64,000 bases of DNA from the NCBI GenBank assembly GCA_965116885.1, contig OZ220741.1:2240001-2304000 (forward strand), read 5' to 3'. Shown piece after piece: positions 1 through 8,016 of the stretch (the first letter of the stretch is position 1; the number at the start of each line of letters is the position of its first letter). A program made the translations under genes and the position numbers. This DNA comes from Candidatus Latescibacterota bacterium. GTDB lineage: Bacteria > Latescibacterota > UBA2968. The notes beneath the pieces are model-generated. The model was not told the DNA's origin and did not search any database. It worked only from the letters and a program-made list of their open reading frames with translations.

Positions 1-102
1 TAATAGTGAAGGAGAGGAGGACGGTATGATGTAATCTGTTTGAAGTGTGTGATTGGGATATAGTTTAAAATAACTTCTAAAATCCAATGAGAGGAAAAAC
101 TA

Positions 103-2103
103 ATGCGGAAACTGCGATTCTACACCTGTTTGGCGCAGGTTTTGATCTTTGCAAGCCTATCCATTTTTTTTCTAATTCAACCCCTTCAGAGCGCGTTACA
201 ATCGGGCTTCAATCCGGATTTTGATGGAAGCGGTGTTGTCGATTTTCCCGACTTTTTGCAATTTGTAGATAAGTTCGGGTTTAGTCGTGGCGATTCGGGG
301 TACGAAGCGAGGTACGATCTGAATGGCGATGGCGAGATTGCGTTTAACGATTTTCTGTTATTTGTCGGGGCATTTGGTCAAACAGTGTCTATGGAAAGTG
401 AAGGTGTTTTGCGTCCAACGGGAGAGTTACAACCCTATCCTCTTTCGCCCATTGTATCGGTTGAATCGGTTCGCTCTATGCCCATCGGTACACCTGTATT
501 TATGCGGACCGAATTTGCCAATGGACAGCTTGCAGATCTCGAAATGACGTTTATACAGGTGGTTGACGATTTTTTGGCACCAATGCCTGTTTATATGGTT
601 GAAGCTTCCGATCCCGTTTTGATACAACTCGGAGGGATTGCCAAAGGTATGAGTGGTTCGCCTATTTTCAATGAGCAAGGCACATGGGGTGCTATTGCTT
701 ATGGTTTTTCTTCTCAAGATAGCCCGCCGTACTATTTTTTTGCAACGCCGATAGAATGGGTGATTGGCAATAAGGGCGCGATGCCATTGGCTAAACGCCT
801 GACTACCTGGGAGGGGAACGGTATCACACCCCTGGATATTCCCCTGCTGGGTACGGGATTCAATCGCAGGCCCCAGCCAGATGATTCTTCCCGCCTGAGT
901 GAGGTGATGTCAGCCGGAAAAACACAGCAACATCAGATCAGTTTTGAGGCGGGTAGGCCACTGGCAGTTGGTTTGATGCTGGGTGAGGTTGCGATTGCCG
1001 CGTTGGGAACCATATCATACGTCGATGGCAATCGGGTATATGGTTTTGGACATCCGATGGATGGTGTGGGGATAGTCGAACTGCCCATTATAGAAGCCGT
1101 GGTGCTCGGTCCAATATCCAATCTCTCTGCGCCGTTTAAGTTTGCAACGCTGAATCCAACAGTGCGGGGAACGCTGACCGAAGATCGTTTGCCCTCGGTT
1201 CGCGGTGTGCTTGGCGAGGGGCCAGAGTTGATACCTGTCAAGAGCATATATACTTTTTCTTTAGGGCAGGTGCTTGAGCTTACGCACAGGGTGGCGGTTG
1301 GTCTTGACCCCTTCACGACAGCCAATCTCGTTGCGGAGGCTTTGTTCTCGCCTTTGGTTAACCGGGTTGAAAACGAGCCGAATCACAGTGTGCGCGTCAA
1401 GACGAATATTTCTTTTGTGGAGACAGATTCAATACTAACTCGCTCTCGGCTCTATGCAGAGCCGGAAGGGCAGCTTTTATTTTTGGTTGTAAATGCCGTT
1501 GGCGATTTGACAGATATACTCTCACGAATCATGACACGGGATGATTACGCTGTGCAGATGCGCGAGGCCGAGATTCATGTTGATATATTGCCCGAATCCC
1601 GCTTTGCAAAGATAGTAGGTGTTGCTGCGGATACGGTTGTTAGTGCTGGGAGTACGTTGTCTGTTGCGACTTCGCTGCGCGTGGGGCGGCGTGAGGACCG
1701 GGAAATCGAGATGGCATTTGGCATACCCGATACGCTTCCCGCAGGTGTTTATCAACTCGAAGTGGGTTCTGTAGCAACATTAGGGTCAGATTCTGCTGGT
1801 GAAGGTGGCGATCCTTTCGGATTTTTTGATCCTTTTGGGCGTGATGAAACGCTCGAAGATGTTTTTGCCAGCGCGAATAGAAGAGATGAAAATGTTATCT
1901 TAAAGGCGCGTTTGACATTTGTAGGGTCAGGTGAGGGAAGTGATCTGCCGCCTGATTCTTTCGATGGCCCGCCTGATTCTTTTGGTAGCCCAACGGATTT
2001 TTTGGGTAGTCGGACCGAGACTGTACCTGTTTCTATGGAGAAAGATGTCGATTTATTTTTGGAAGGTTTGGAAACGCTTCAGATACGCGTGATGGGGAAT
2101 TAA
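103..2103 (+). CDS. Secreted SpoIVB/peptidase S55-family protein with N-terminal paired EF-hand (dockerin-like) module
   Basis: Signal-like N-terminus; DFDGSGVVDFPDF...DLNGDGEIAFNDF repeats; GIAKGMSGSP serine motif; YGFGHP motif. Confidence 0.8.
   Translation: MRKLRFYTCLAQVLIFASLSIFFLIQPLQSALQSGFNPDFDGSGVVDFPDFLQFVDKFGFSRGDSGYEARYDLNGDGEIAFNDFLLFVGAFGQTVSMESEGVLRPTGELQPYPLSPIVSVESVRSMPIGTPVFMRTEFANGQLADLEMTFIQVVDDFLAPMPVYMVEASDPVLIQLGGIAKGMSGSPIFNEQGTWGAIAYGFSSQDSPPYYFFATPIEWVIGNKGAMPLAKRLTTWEGNGITPLDIPLLGTGFNRRPQPDDSSRLSEVMSAGKTQQHQISFEAGRPLAVGLMLGEVAIAALGTISYVDGNRVYGFGHPMDGVGIVELPIIEAVVLGPISNLSAPFKFATLNPTVRGTLTEDRLPSVRGVLGEGPELIPVKSIYTFSLGQVLELTHRVAVGLDPFTTANLVAEALFSPLVNRVENEPNHSVRVKTNISFVETDSILTRSRLYAEPEGQLLFLVVNAVGDLTDILSRIMTRDDYAVQMREAEIHVDILPESRFAKIVGVAADTVVSAGSTLSVATSLRVGRREDREIEMAFGIPDTLPAGVYQLEVGSVATLGSDSAGEGGDPFGFFDPFGRDETLEDVFASANRRDENVILKARLTFVGSGEGSDLPPDSFDGPPDSFGSPTDFLGSRTETVPVSMEKDVDLFLEGLETLQIRVMGN
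1948..2010 (+). repeat. In-frame 21-bp tandem repeat x3 (PPDSFDG/PPDSFGS/PTDFLGS)
   Basis: ccgcctgattctttcgatggc ccgcctgattcttttggtagc ccaacggattttttgggtagt. Confidence 0.75.
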
Positions 2104-2122
2104 CAATACCCGGGAGTTACCC

Positions 2123-2869
2123 ATGAAATGGACAGACGAACAACTCGCACGATACGATGAACAGGGTTATCTCTTTATGCCCGGTCTGCTTTCATCCGAC
2201 GAGGTTGATGTACTCAATGGCGATGTTCCGCTTTTGCTTAGTGGGGAGAATGACGGGTTGCATCGGGAACGCGAACGCGGTGGGGCTGTGCGTCAGGTTT
2301 ATCTCGCCCATCGGCGTGTTGACGCTTTTCAGGAGCTTATCAATCATCCGAAAATTTTGTATCCCGTTCGGCAGGTTCTCAAAGACGATGTGTATATCTG
2401 GCACTCGAAACTCAATGTCAAGGATGCTTTTGAGGGCACGGTCTGGCTGTGGCACCAGGACTATGGGTACTGGATGTGGGATGGGGTTGATCCGCGTCTC
2501 GTTTCCGCTATGGTTTTTCTGGATCGGGCCACGCTCAACAATGGCTGTTTGATGGTGGTATCGGGGTCTCATAAATGGGGACGTCAGGAGCACTATGCGG
2601 ATACGGTTACGACGAGCTATAAGCAGTGGTGTATTGATACAGATACTCTGAAAGAAAAAATTTGTGAGGAAGATATTGAGCATATTACGGGAAAGCCGGG
2701 CGATGTGCTGTTTTTTGATTGCAATATTGTGCATGGCTCTGGTCACAATATGTCGCCATTACCTCGCAAGACCTTTATTATTGCGTACAATGCCATATCC
2801 AATAAGCCCCGTGCGGTGGATAATCCCCGACCCGATTGGGTGGTGGCGCGTGCGTTTGATATCGTTTGA
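2123..2869 (+). CDS. Phytanoyl-CoA dioxygenase (PhyH) family Fe(II)/2-oxoglutarate dioxygenase
   Basis: WHQD iron-binding motif, NGCLMVVSGSH, GDVLFF...HGSGHN..R. Confidence 0.9.
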   Translation: MKWTDEQLARYDEQGYLFMPGLLSSDEVDVLNGDVPLLLSGENDGLHRERERGGAVRQVYLAHRRVDAFQELINHPKILYPVRQVLKDDVYIWHSKLNVKDAFEGTVWLWHQDYGYWMWDGVDPRLVSAMVFLDRATLNNGCLMVVSGSHKWGRQEHYADTVTTSYKQWCIDTDTLKEKICEEDIEHITGKPGDVLFFDCNIVHGSGHNMSPLPRKTFIIAYNAISNKPRAVDNPRPDWVVARAFDIV

Positions 2870-2870
2870 C

Positions 2871-2899
2871 TTGACATTGAAAAGGAAGTAATCTATTCT
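2871..2899 (+). promoter_or_regulatory. sigma70-type promoter for the amidohydrolase-Rieske genes
   Basis: TTGACA-17 bp-TATTCT; AGGAGG RBS follows. Confidence 0.7.
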
Positions 2900-2924
2900 C
2901 CTGACCATCACATAGGAGGTTGAT

Positions 2925-4037
2925 ATGTCTGCTACTACAACTGCTCCGCGTACCAATGGCAGGGCTAATGCGCTTACAAAATTCAAAATTGTAGATTGCG
3001 ATGTACACCATTCTCCGGGCAAGGGTGACGCGCTCTATCCGTATATGCCGCGCCACTTTGTCGAGTATATCAAAGATTTTGGTGCGATGATGCCGAGACT
3101 CGGATATACAAATATGCCGGGAGGCGGTGCGCGAAAAGATCTGTGGGAAGATCCAAAGGAAAATCCCGCCCATCAGCCACAGGTTTGTATTGAGAAGCAT
3201 CTCGATGTGTATGATATAGATTTCGCGGTTCTCACGGGTGGGCCTTATGCAGCAGCTGTTCACAACAATCCGGATTACGCATCGGCTTATTGCAGTGCGT
3301 TTAACGATTGGACAAAAGACCACTGGATCAGTGCCGATCCGCGGTTTCGGGCTTCGATTCATATTTGTCCTGTAGATCCGCAACTCGCGGTAAAGGAAAT
3401 TGACCGTCTGGGTCCCGATCCGGATTTTGTGCAGGTTATGATGCCCGCGGGCGCTCGCATGCCTTTTGGCAACCGCCACTACCATCCCATTTACGAGGCC
3501 TGTGAGAGACACGGGTTGCCCGTTTCGGTTCATTTTGGGGCTGAAGGCGCAGGTCTTGCAGCACCGCCCACTGCTGCGGGATATCCCACCTATTATCTCG
3601 AGATGCGGATGGCGCGGCCCCAAATTGCACAGGCTCATGTCACCAGTCTCGTTGTGGAGGGCGTGTTTGAGAAATTTCAAAATTTCCACTTTATATTTGT
3701 CGAGATGGATACTTTCTGGCTGCCGGGTCTTATGTGGCACCTCGATCTCGATTGGCGCGCGTTGCGCGACTATACGCCGTGGGTCAAACGCCTGCCCAGC
3801 GAATATATCCGCGAGCATATCCGTCTGGGTACGCAACCTATGCCCGATATACCCGGCGGAAAAGAAGATCTGGAGACGTATTTGCGCTGGATGCACGCCG
3901 AGGATACCCTTGTTTTTGCCAGTGATTATCCACATTGGGACTGGGATGAGCCCGGTCACGTCCTTCGCAATGTTGATCGCGATCTGAAGAAGCGTATTAT
4001 GGGCGAGAATGCCGGCGAAATATTTGGGCTTTTCTGA
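2925..4037 (+). CDS. Amidohydrolase_2 TIM-barrel protein (possible dinuclear oxygenase subunit)
   Basis: IVDCDVHH, NDW, PIYEAC..GLPVSVH, FASDYPHWD motifs. Confidence 0.85.
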   Translation: MSATTTAPRTNGRANALTKFKIVDCDVHHSPGKGDALYPYMPRHFVEYIKDFGAMMPRLGYTNMPGGGARKDLWEDPKENPAHQPQVCIEKHLDVYDIDFAVLTGGPYAAAVHNNPDYASAYCSAFNDWTKDHWISADPRFRASIHICPVDPQLAVKEIDRLGPDPDFVQVMMPAGARMPFGNRHYHPIYEACERHGLPVSVHFGAEGAGLAAPPTAAGYPTYYLEMRMARPQIAQAHVTSLVVEGVFEKFQNFHFIFVEMDTFWLPGLMWHLDLDWRALRDYTPWVKRLPSEYIREHIRLGTQPMPDIPGGKEDLETYLRWMHAEDTLVFASDYPHWDWDEPGHVLRNVDRDLKKRIMGENAGEIFGLF

Positions 4038-4411
4038 TGTCGAAACACAGGGTAGCGAAAATAGCGGATTTGTCCCCTGGCGAGCGCAAAATTGTGACGG
4101 TTAATAACCGGGAAATTGGCATTCTCAATGTGGATGGCAATCTCTATGCCCTGCGCAATATCTGCCCCCATCGCCTGGGTCCGCTCTGCAAGGGGCGCGT
4201 ACGTCCATTGGTCGTTTGGGAGGGCGAAGAGGTGGGCGGTGGGCGCTTTACCGATATCGGGCATGAACGCGAAAACGAAATTATCAAGTGCCCCTGGCAC
4301 AACTGGGAGTTTGAGCTGAAGACCGGTAAGTCCATTACAGATGACGATTTGCGCGTGCGTACCTATCGCGTGGAAGCAGAAGGAGATGATGTTGTGCTTT
4401 ATCTGAGGTGA
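4037..4411 (+). CDS. Rieske [2Fe-2S] ferredoxin
   Basis: CPH...CPWHNWEF motifs; TGATG overlap with upstream stop. Confidence 0.9.
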   Translation: MSKHRVAKIADLSPGERKIVTVNNREIGILNVDGNLYALRNICPHRLGPLCKGRVRPLVVWEGEEVGGGRFTDIGHERENEIIKCPWHNWEFELKTGKSITDDDLRVRTYRVEAEGDDVVLYLR

Positions 4412-4458
4412 GAGATAAGGCTCTATTATCTCTTATCTGTAGGGGAAGATGGGTGGGT

Positions 4459-4488
4459 ATGAGAATACATCAGTTGCTATGGCCTCAA
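4459..4488 (+). pseudogene. Possible N-terminal remnant of a BrnT-like toxin, in frame with the antitoxin
   Basis: MRIHQLLWPQ resembles BrnT-family N-termini; no toxin body present. Confidence 0.4.
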
Positions 4489-4755
4489 ATGAATCGTACA
4501 AAAATTCCACAAACCGATTCAATTGAAGAACTCGCTCGGTTCTGGGATACTCATGACTTAACGGATTTCGCTGATGAACTTGAAGAAGTGAATGAATCTG
4601 TTTTTGAGCGTCAAACCGAAGTCACTATTCGACTAGAGCCTCAAGATGCTTCCGCTGTTACAAAACTCGCTAAGTCACGGGGCGTTTCTCAAGCGAATCT
4701 TATACAAGAATGGGTTGTTGAGCGCATCCAGGCTTCGGCAAGCTCGATAGTTTAA
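4489..4755 (+). CDS. CopG/BrnA-like (RHH) antitoxin
   Basis: KIPQTDSIEELARFWDTHDLTDF followed by an RHH-like VTIRL...KLAKSRGVSQANLIQEWV. Confidence 0.75.
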   Translation: MNRTKIPQTDSIEELARFWDTHDLTDFADELEEVNESVFERQTEVTIRLEPQDASAVTKLAKSRGVSQANLIQEWVVERIQASASSIV

Positions 4756-4858
4756 CGTTTGTACCGAGATTAGCTTTGATCCGCATTCAACCTTTCTCTG
4801 ATTGCCCTTGGCTGGGAGTTGGATGACCCTCTCTCACCGATTTCAAAAGAGTGAATTT

Positions 4859-5629
4859 ATGCAACTTACTTTTAGCACGACTGTTTGTCCCGATTTACTT
4901 TTGCCCGATGCGCTGAACGTTGCTACAGAAGCGGGCTTTAATCGCATTGAACTTTTTCGCACGTTTAGCGAGAGTTCCCCGGTTCACGCGGATACGTCGG
5001 TGCGTATGGTGCGCGAGCGTCTGGACAATGCGGGCGTTACGCTTACGGGTCTCAATATTCGCAATATCACGGGACGCAATTCCAGCACGGACGAACGCGA
5101 TCTGAGATACAATATGCGTCAGGTCGAATGGGATATCCATCTTTCTCGCGCTCTGCGGCTACAGTGTGCCAATCTCAAAGGCGGTGATCGCACAGAGGAG
5201 GCGCGTGAGGATTTTATTACGGGTATTAATCACGTGCTCGATCGCATCCCCAATTTTACGCTCAATATAGGCAATCACAAGGGGAATTTGTTCGAGAATA
5301 TTGAAGATTATCAGGGTATTTTGCCCGAGCTTCCCGATCGCGCCAGGGTGCTGATGGATACAGGCCATCTCCTTTCAGCAGGCGTTGAAGTAAGGGCTTT
5401 TGCAGAAGCTTTTGCCGATCGCATTGGCCTTGTTCACCTGAGAGATCAGAAGGGGGAGACACCCGTGCCTTTTGGCGAGGGCGATTTGCCTTTTGAAGAT
5501 GTTATCGGTATTCTCGAGGGCGTGGGTTATGATGGCGAACTCGTTATTGAACTGGAAAAAGTCACCTGGGGTGAACCGGTCCAGGCTTGCGCTGCTGCGC
5601 GTGAATACGTCGAAAAAATCCTATCCTAA
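4859..5629 (+). CDS. Sugar phosphate isomerase/epimerase (xylose-isomerase-like TIM barrel)
   Basis: MDTGH, VHLRD, PFGEGD, GYDGELVIELE motifs. Confidence 0.85.
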   Translation: MQLTFSTTVCPDLLLPDALNVATEAGFNRIELFRTFSESSPVHADTSVRMVRERLDNAGVTLTGLNIRNITGRNSSTDERDLRYNMRQVEWDIHLSRALRLQCANLKGGDRTEEAREDFITGINHVLDRIPNFTLNIGNHKGNLFENIEDYQGILPELPDRARVLMDTGHLLSAGVEVRAFAEAFADRIGLVHLRDQKGETPVPFGEGDLPFEDVIGILEGVGYDGELVIELEKVTWGEPVQACAAAREYVEKILS

Positions 5630-5637
5630 ATGAGCCT

Positions 5638-6039
5638 ATGTCCCATGCACTGAGCAAACATCTGCTCGTCGATCTGTACGGTTGTCCCGCCGATCTGCTC
5701 AATGATGTCACTGGGCTTGAAACGGTTATGATCGAAGCCGCCCAACGCGCAGGTGCCACGGTTATCAATAGCATGTTTCATCATTTTTCGCCTTTCGGTG
5801 TATCGGGTGTTGTGGTCATTCAGGAGAGCCACCTGACTATTCACACCTGGCCAGAGCAGGGTTTTGCTGCTGTTGATCTGTTCACCTGCGGCACGCAGAC
5901 CAAACCGCAGCGCGCTTTGACTCACTTAAAACGCGCACTTCAATCCACACGGATCGAAGTGCGACAATTCAGGCGTGGGCAAGGTGATTCATTGGCTGTA
6001 AAGATCAACAGCAACTTTGGGAAAGATAGTGACCCGTAA
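5638..6039 (+). CDS. speD: S-adenosylmethionine decarboxylase proenzyme
   Basis: GVSGVVVIQESHLTIHTWPEQGFAAVDLFTCG with the E-S self-cleavage site. Confidence 0.9.
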   Translation: MSHALSKHLLVDLYGCPADLLNDVTGLETVMIEAAQRAGATVINSMFHHFSPFGVSGVVVIQESHLTIHTWPEQGFAAVDLFTCGTQTKPQRALTHLKRALQSTRIEVRQFRRGQGDSLAVKINSNFGKDSDP

Positions 6040-6057
6040 CTTTGTGAGATAAAAAGT

Positions 6058-6114
6058 AAACGCCCGTCATTTGGTGTACAACTGTGGTAGCAGTTGATCC
6101 CCCGACGGGCGTTT
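6058..6114. repeat. Nested inverted repeat
   Basis: AAACGCCCGTC(6058-68)/GACGGGCGTTT(6104-14) enclosing CAACTG-TGGTAG-CAGTTG. Confidence 0.7.
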
Positions 6115-6161
6115 TAGTTGCGAGGCTATTTTTTAACGATTCTAAATACAATGGAGGGCGT

Positions 6162-6413
6162 ATGACCATAGATCAAGCTACAGATATTCGATCTACACTT
6201 ATTGCGATGTTTGAGGCTATTGAGAAAAAAGAAAATATCGCCGAGCATTTGCTCAAACTCGACGATATTCAGCGCAGCCTTGATCGGGATACGCCAGCAC
6301 AACTCAGACATTTTCTCGAGCGTCGTAGTTATACCAAAGCTCTCGAATATCTCGATACGGGCACTTTCACTGACGATCCCAACCGCCCCGACTGCGACGA
6401 CCACCCCCATTAA
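6162..6413 (+). CDS. Small hypothetical protein
   Basis: GGAGG RBS before ATG 6162; helical 83-aa ORF with LRHFLERRSY motif. Confidence 0.65.
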   Translation: MTIDQATDIRSTLIAMFEAIEKKENIAEHLLKLDDIQRSLDRDTPAQLRHFLERRSYTKALEYLDTGTFTDDPNRPDCDDHPH

Positions 6414-6430
6414 TTTTCAGGAGTTCAGCT

Positions 6431-6736
6431 ATGTCTGTCACAACCCGTACTGATATCAAGGGCATTTCTCGGTTTTTATTTACCGAAGGCACGGATGCCG
6501 ACCGTCTGCACTTGCATGTTTCAGAAGTTGGTCCCGGTCAGCGCGCCCACCCGCCACACCGGCACGATGGGTGGGAGATTTTCTACGTCATCAAAGGTAA
6601 TGGCGAAGTTCTTTACGGAGATCAAACACATCCGGTCAATACGGGTGAAGCCATGCATCTCGAATGCAGTATTTTGCACGGAATAAAAAATATTGGCGAT
6701 GGCCCGCTTCAATACGCCGTGATTATTAGAAAATGA
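6431..6736 (+). CDS. Cupin-domain protein
   Basis: HPPHRHDGWEIFYVIKG...HGIKN cupin motifs; AGGAG RBS. Confidence 0.85.
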   Translation: MSVTTRTDIKGISRFLFTEGTDADRLHLHVSEVGPGQRAHPPHRHDGWEIFYVIKGNGEVLYGDQTHPVNTGEAMHLECSILHGIKNIGDGPLQYAVIIRK

Positions 6737-6743
6737 ATGGGCA

Positions 6744-7883
6744 TCAGTAGCGTTTTCGCAACACATCCATAATGTGTGCTGAGAGCGATTGCACGGTTTC
6801 GTCAAAATTTGCATTCTCAACGGTTATGATGCGATGGGCTTCGCCCACCTCTAAGATATGTTGCTGAATCTGTAAAATGGCATCGAGGTTTTCTACATAG
6901 TGGTGCGACGTTCTTTGCGTTGCTTCTTCACTGCGAAATTCAAAGCGCTCGGCATATTGCTTTTTGTCATCCAGGTACAGGGTCATCCAGATAAATGTTG
7001 CCTGATCTTTATAGGTGCTCAAATCGATCAAATCGGGCAGGAGATGTACCCCGTCAATTATCAGGTTGACATGCTCTTCAATGGCGCGCTCTATCATTGC
7101 TCGCACGCCAACGCCAACGCGAACAGCTTGTTCGCGAAATGCCTGTACAACCGGTGGGTGCTCACCGGCCAACTCCGCGCCCGTATGTTGCCAGGCAGAA
7201 AATGAAGAGGCGTGTAATGCAGGCATCAGGTCGGGTGAGATCATCAATCGCATAATCTGTCGAATGGCGTCGGTGGATGCGACGCGCGAAATTTTTAGCT
7301 GGTTGGCCAATGCCACTCCCACGGATGTTTTGCCCACCCCGGTTGCGCCGCTGATGAGAATAATGAGTGGCTTGTGCTGTCGATCCTTGCGAAAACGATA
7401 CCATGCCTCATAGCGCTCGGCATACTGAGATCCATAGCCGTCTTTTAAGCTTTTCAGTGTGATTTTAAAAATCTGCGATCGCTTAATTACTGTGCCCTGT
7501 GACCGCGAAAGTTGTTGCTCGACCTCTGAGGCAATCTGGTGTGTGAGGTCGTGATCCAGCCCAATGGCTTCGAGCGAATCGGCGAGCCGCTCCAGAGAAA
7601 ATAGTGTTCTATCTTCGCCTTCTTCGATAAAAATTTGCCGCGATGTGGGTTCCCAAAAGATGGCATCGCCAATTATCCGATCACCAAATTCGCGCTTCAC
7701 CTGTTTCCGCACGAGGTCGGCCATGTCTTCGGCGTTGATGTCTTTCTCTTTTTGAAGTGACCGACGGATGCCATCTGCGAATTTGTACGCCTCTTGAAAT
7801 GCGAATCCATGCTCGATTAAATAATGCGCCAGCATGCCCCGCAAAAATGGAATTCTTTTTTTGCCATCAACAATTGTCGCCAT
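6744..7883 (-). CDS. 2-phosphoglycerate kinase-like P-loop kinase with tandem ATP-cone-like N-terminal domains
   Basis: PFLRGMLA and FSLERLADSL ATP-cone-like segments; PLIILISGATGVGKT, STDAIRQIMR, LHASSF, IIDGVHLLP. Confidence 0.75.
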   Translation of the reverse strand: MATIVDGKKRIPFLRGMLAHYLIEHGFAFQEAYKFADGIRRSLQKEKDINAEDMADLVRKQVKREFGDRIIGDAIFWEPTSRQIFIEEGEDRTLFSLERLADSLEAIGLDHDLTHQIASEVEQQLSRSQGTVIKRSQIFKITLKSLKDGYGSQYAERYEAWYRFRKDRQHKPLIILISGATGVGKTSVGVALANQLKISRVASTDAIRQIMRLMISPDLMPALHASSFSAWQHTGAELAGEHPPVVQAFREQAVRVGVGVRAMIERAIEEHVNLIIDGVHLLPDLIDLSTYKDQATFIWMTLYLDDKKQYAERFEFRSEEATQRTSHHYVENLDAILQIQQHILEVGEAHRIITVENANFDETVQSLSAHIMDVLRKRY

Positions 7884-7927
7884 GGCAGTCTCCCATAAAA
7901 CGCAGCTTCTTTAAAAACCTGTATCCG

Positions 7928-7956
7928 AACTTAGCGAACCTTTTGCACGGTGTCAA
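7928..7956 (-). promoter_or_regulatory. sigma70-type promoter for the kinase gene
   Basis: Minus strand TTGACA-17 bp-TAAGTT. Confidence 0.6.
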
Positions 7957-8016
7957 GTCTGTGTATTACGGCTCGATAGAGAGACTGACAACCTACACCC
8001 AAAATGTGAGGAATTT

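Noticed and set aside
2123..2869. Ectoine hydroxylase (ectD) assignment
   Set aside because: Lacks the EctD signature (WHSDFETWH); has WHQDYGYW; no ect genes nearby
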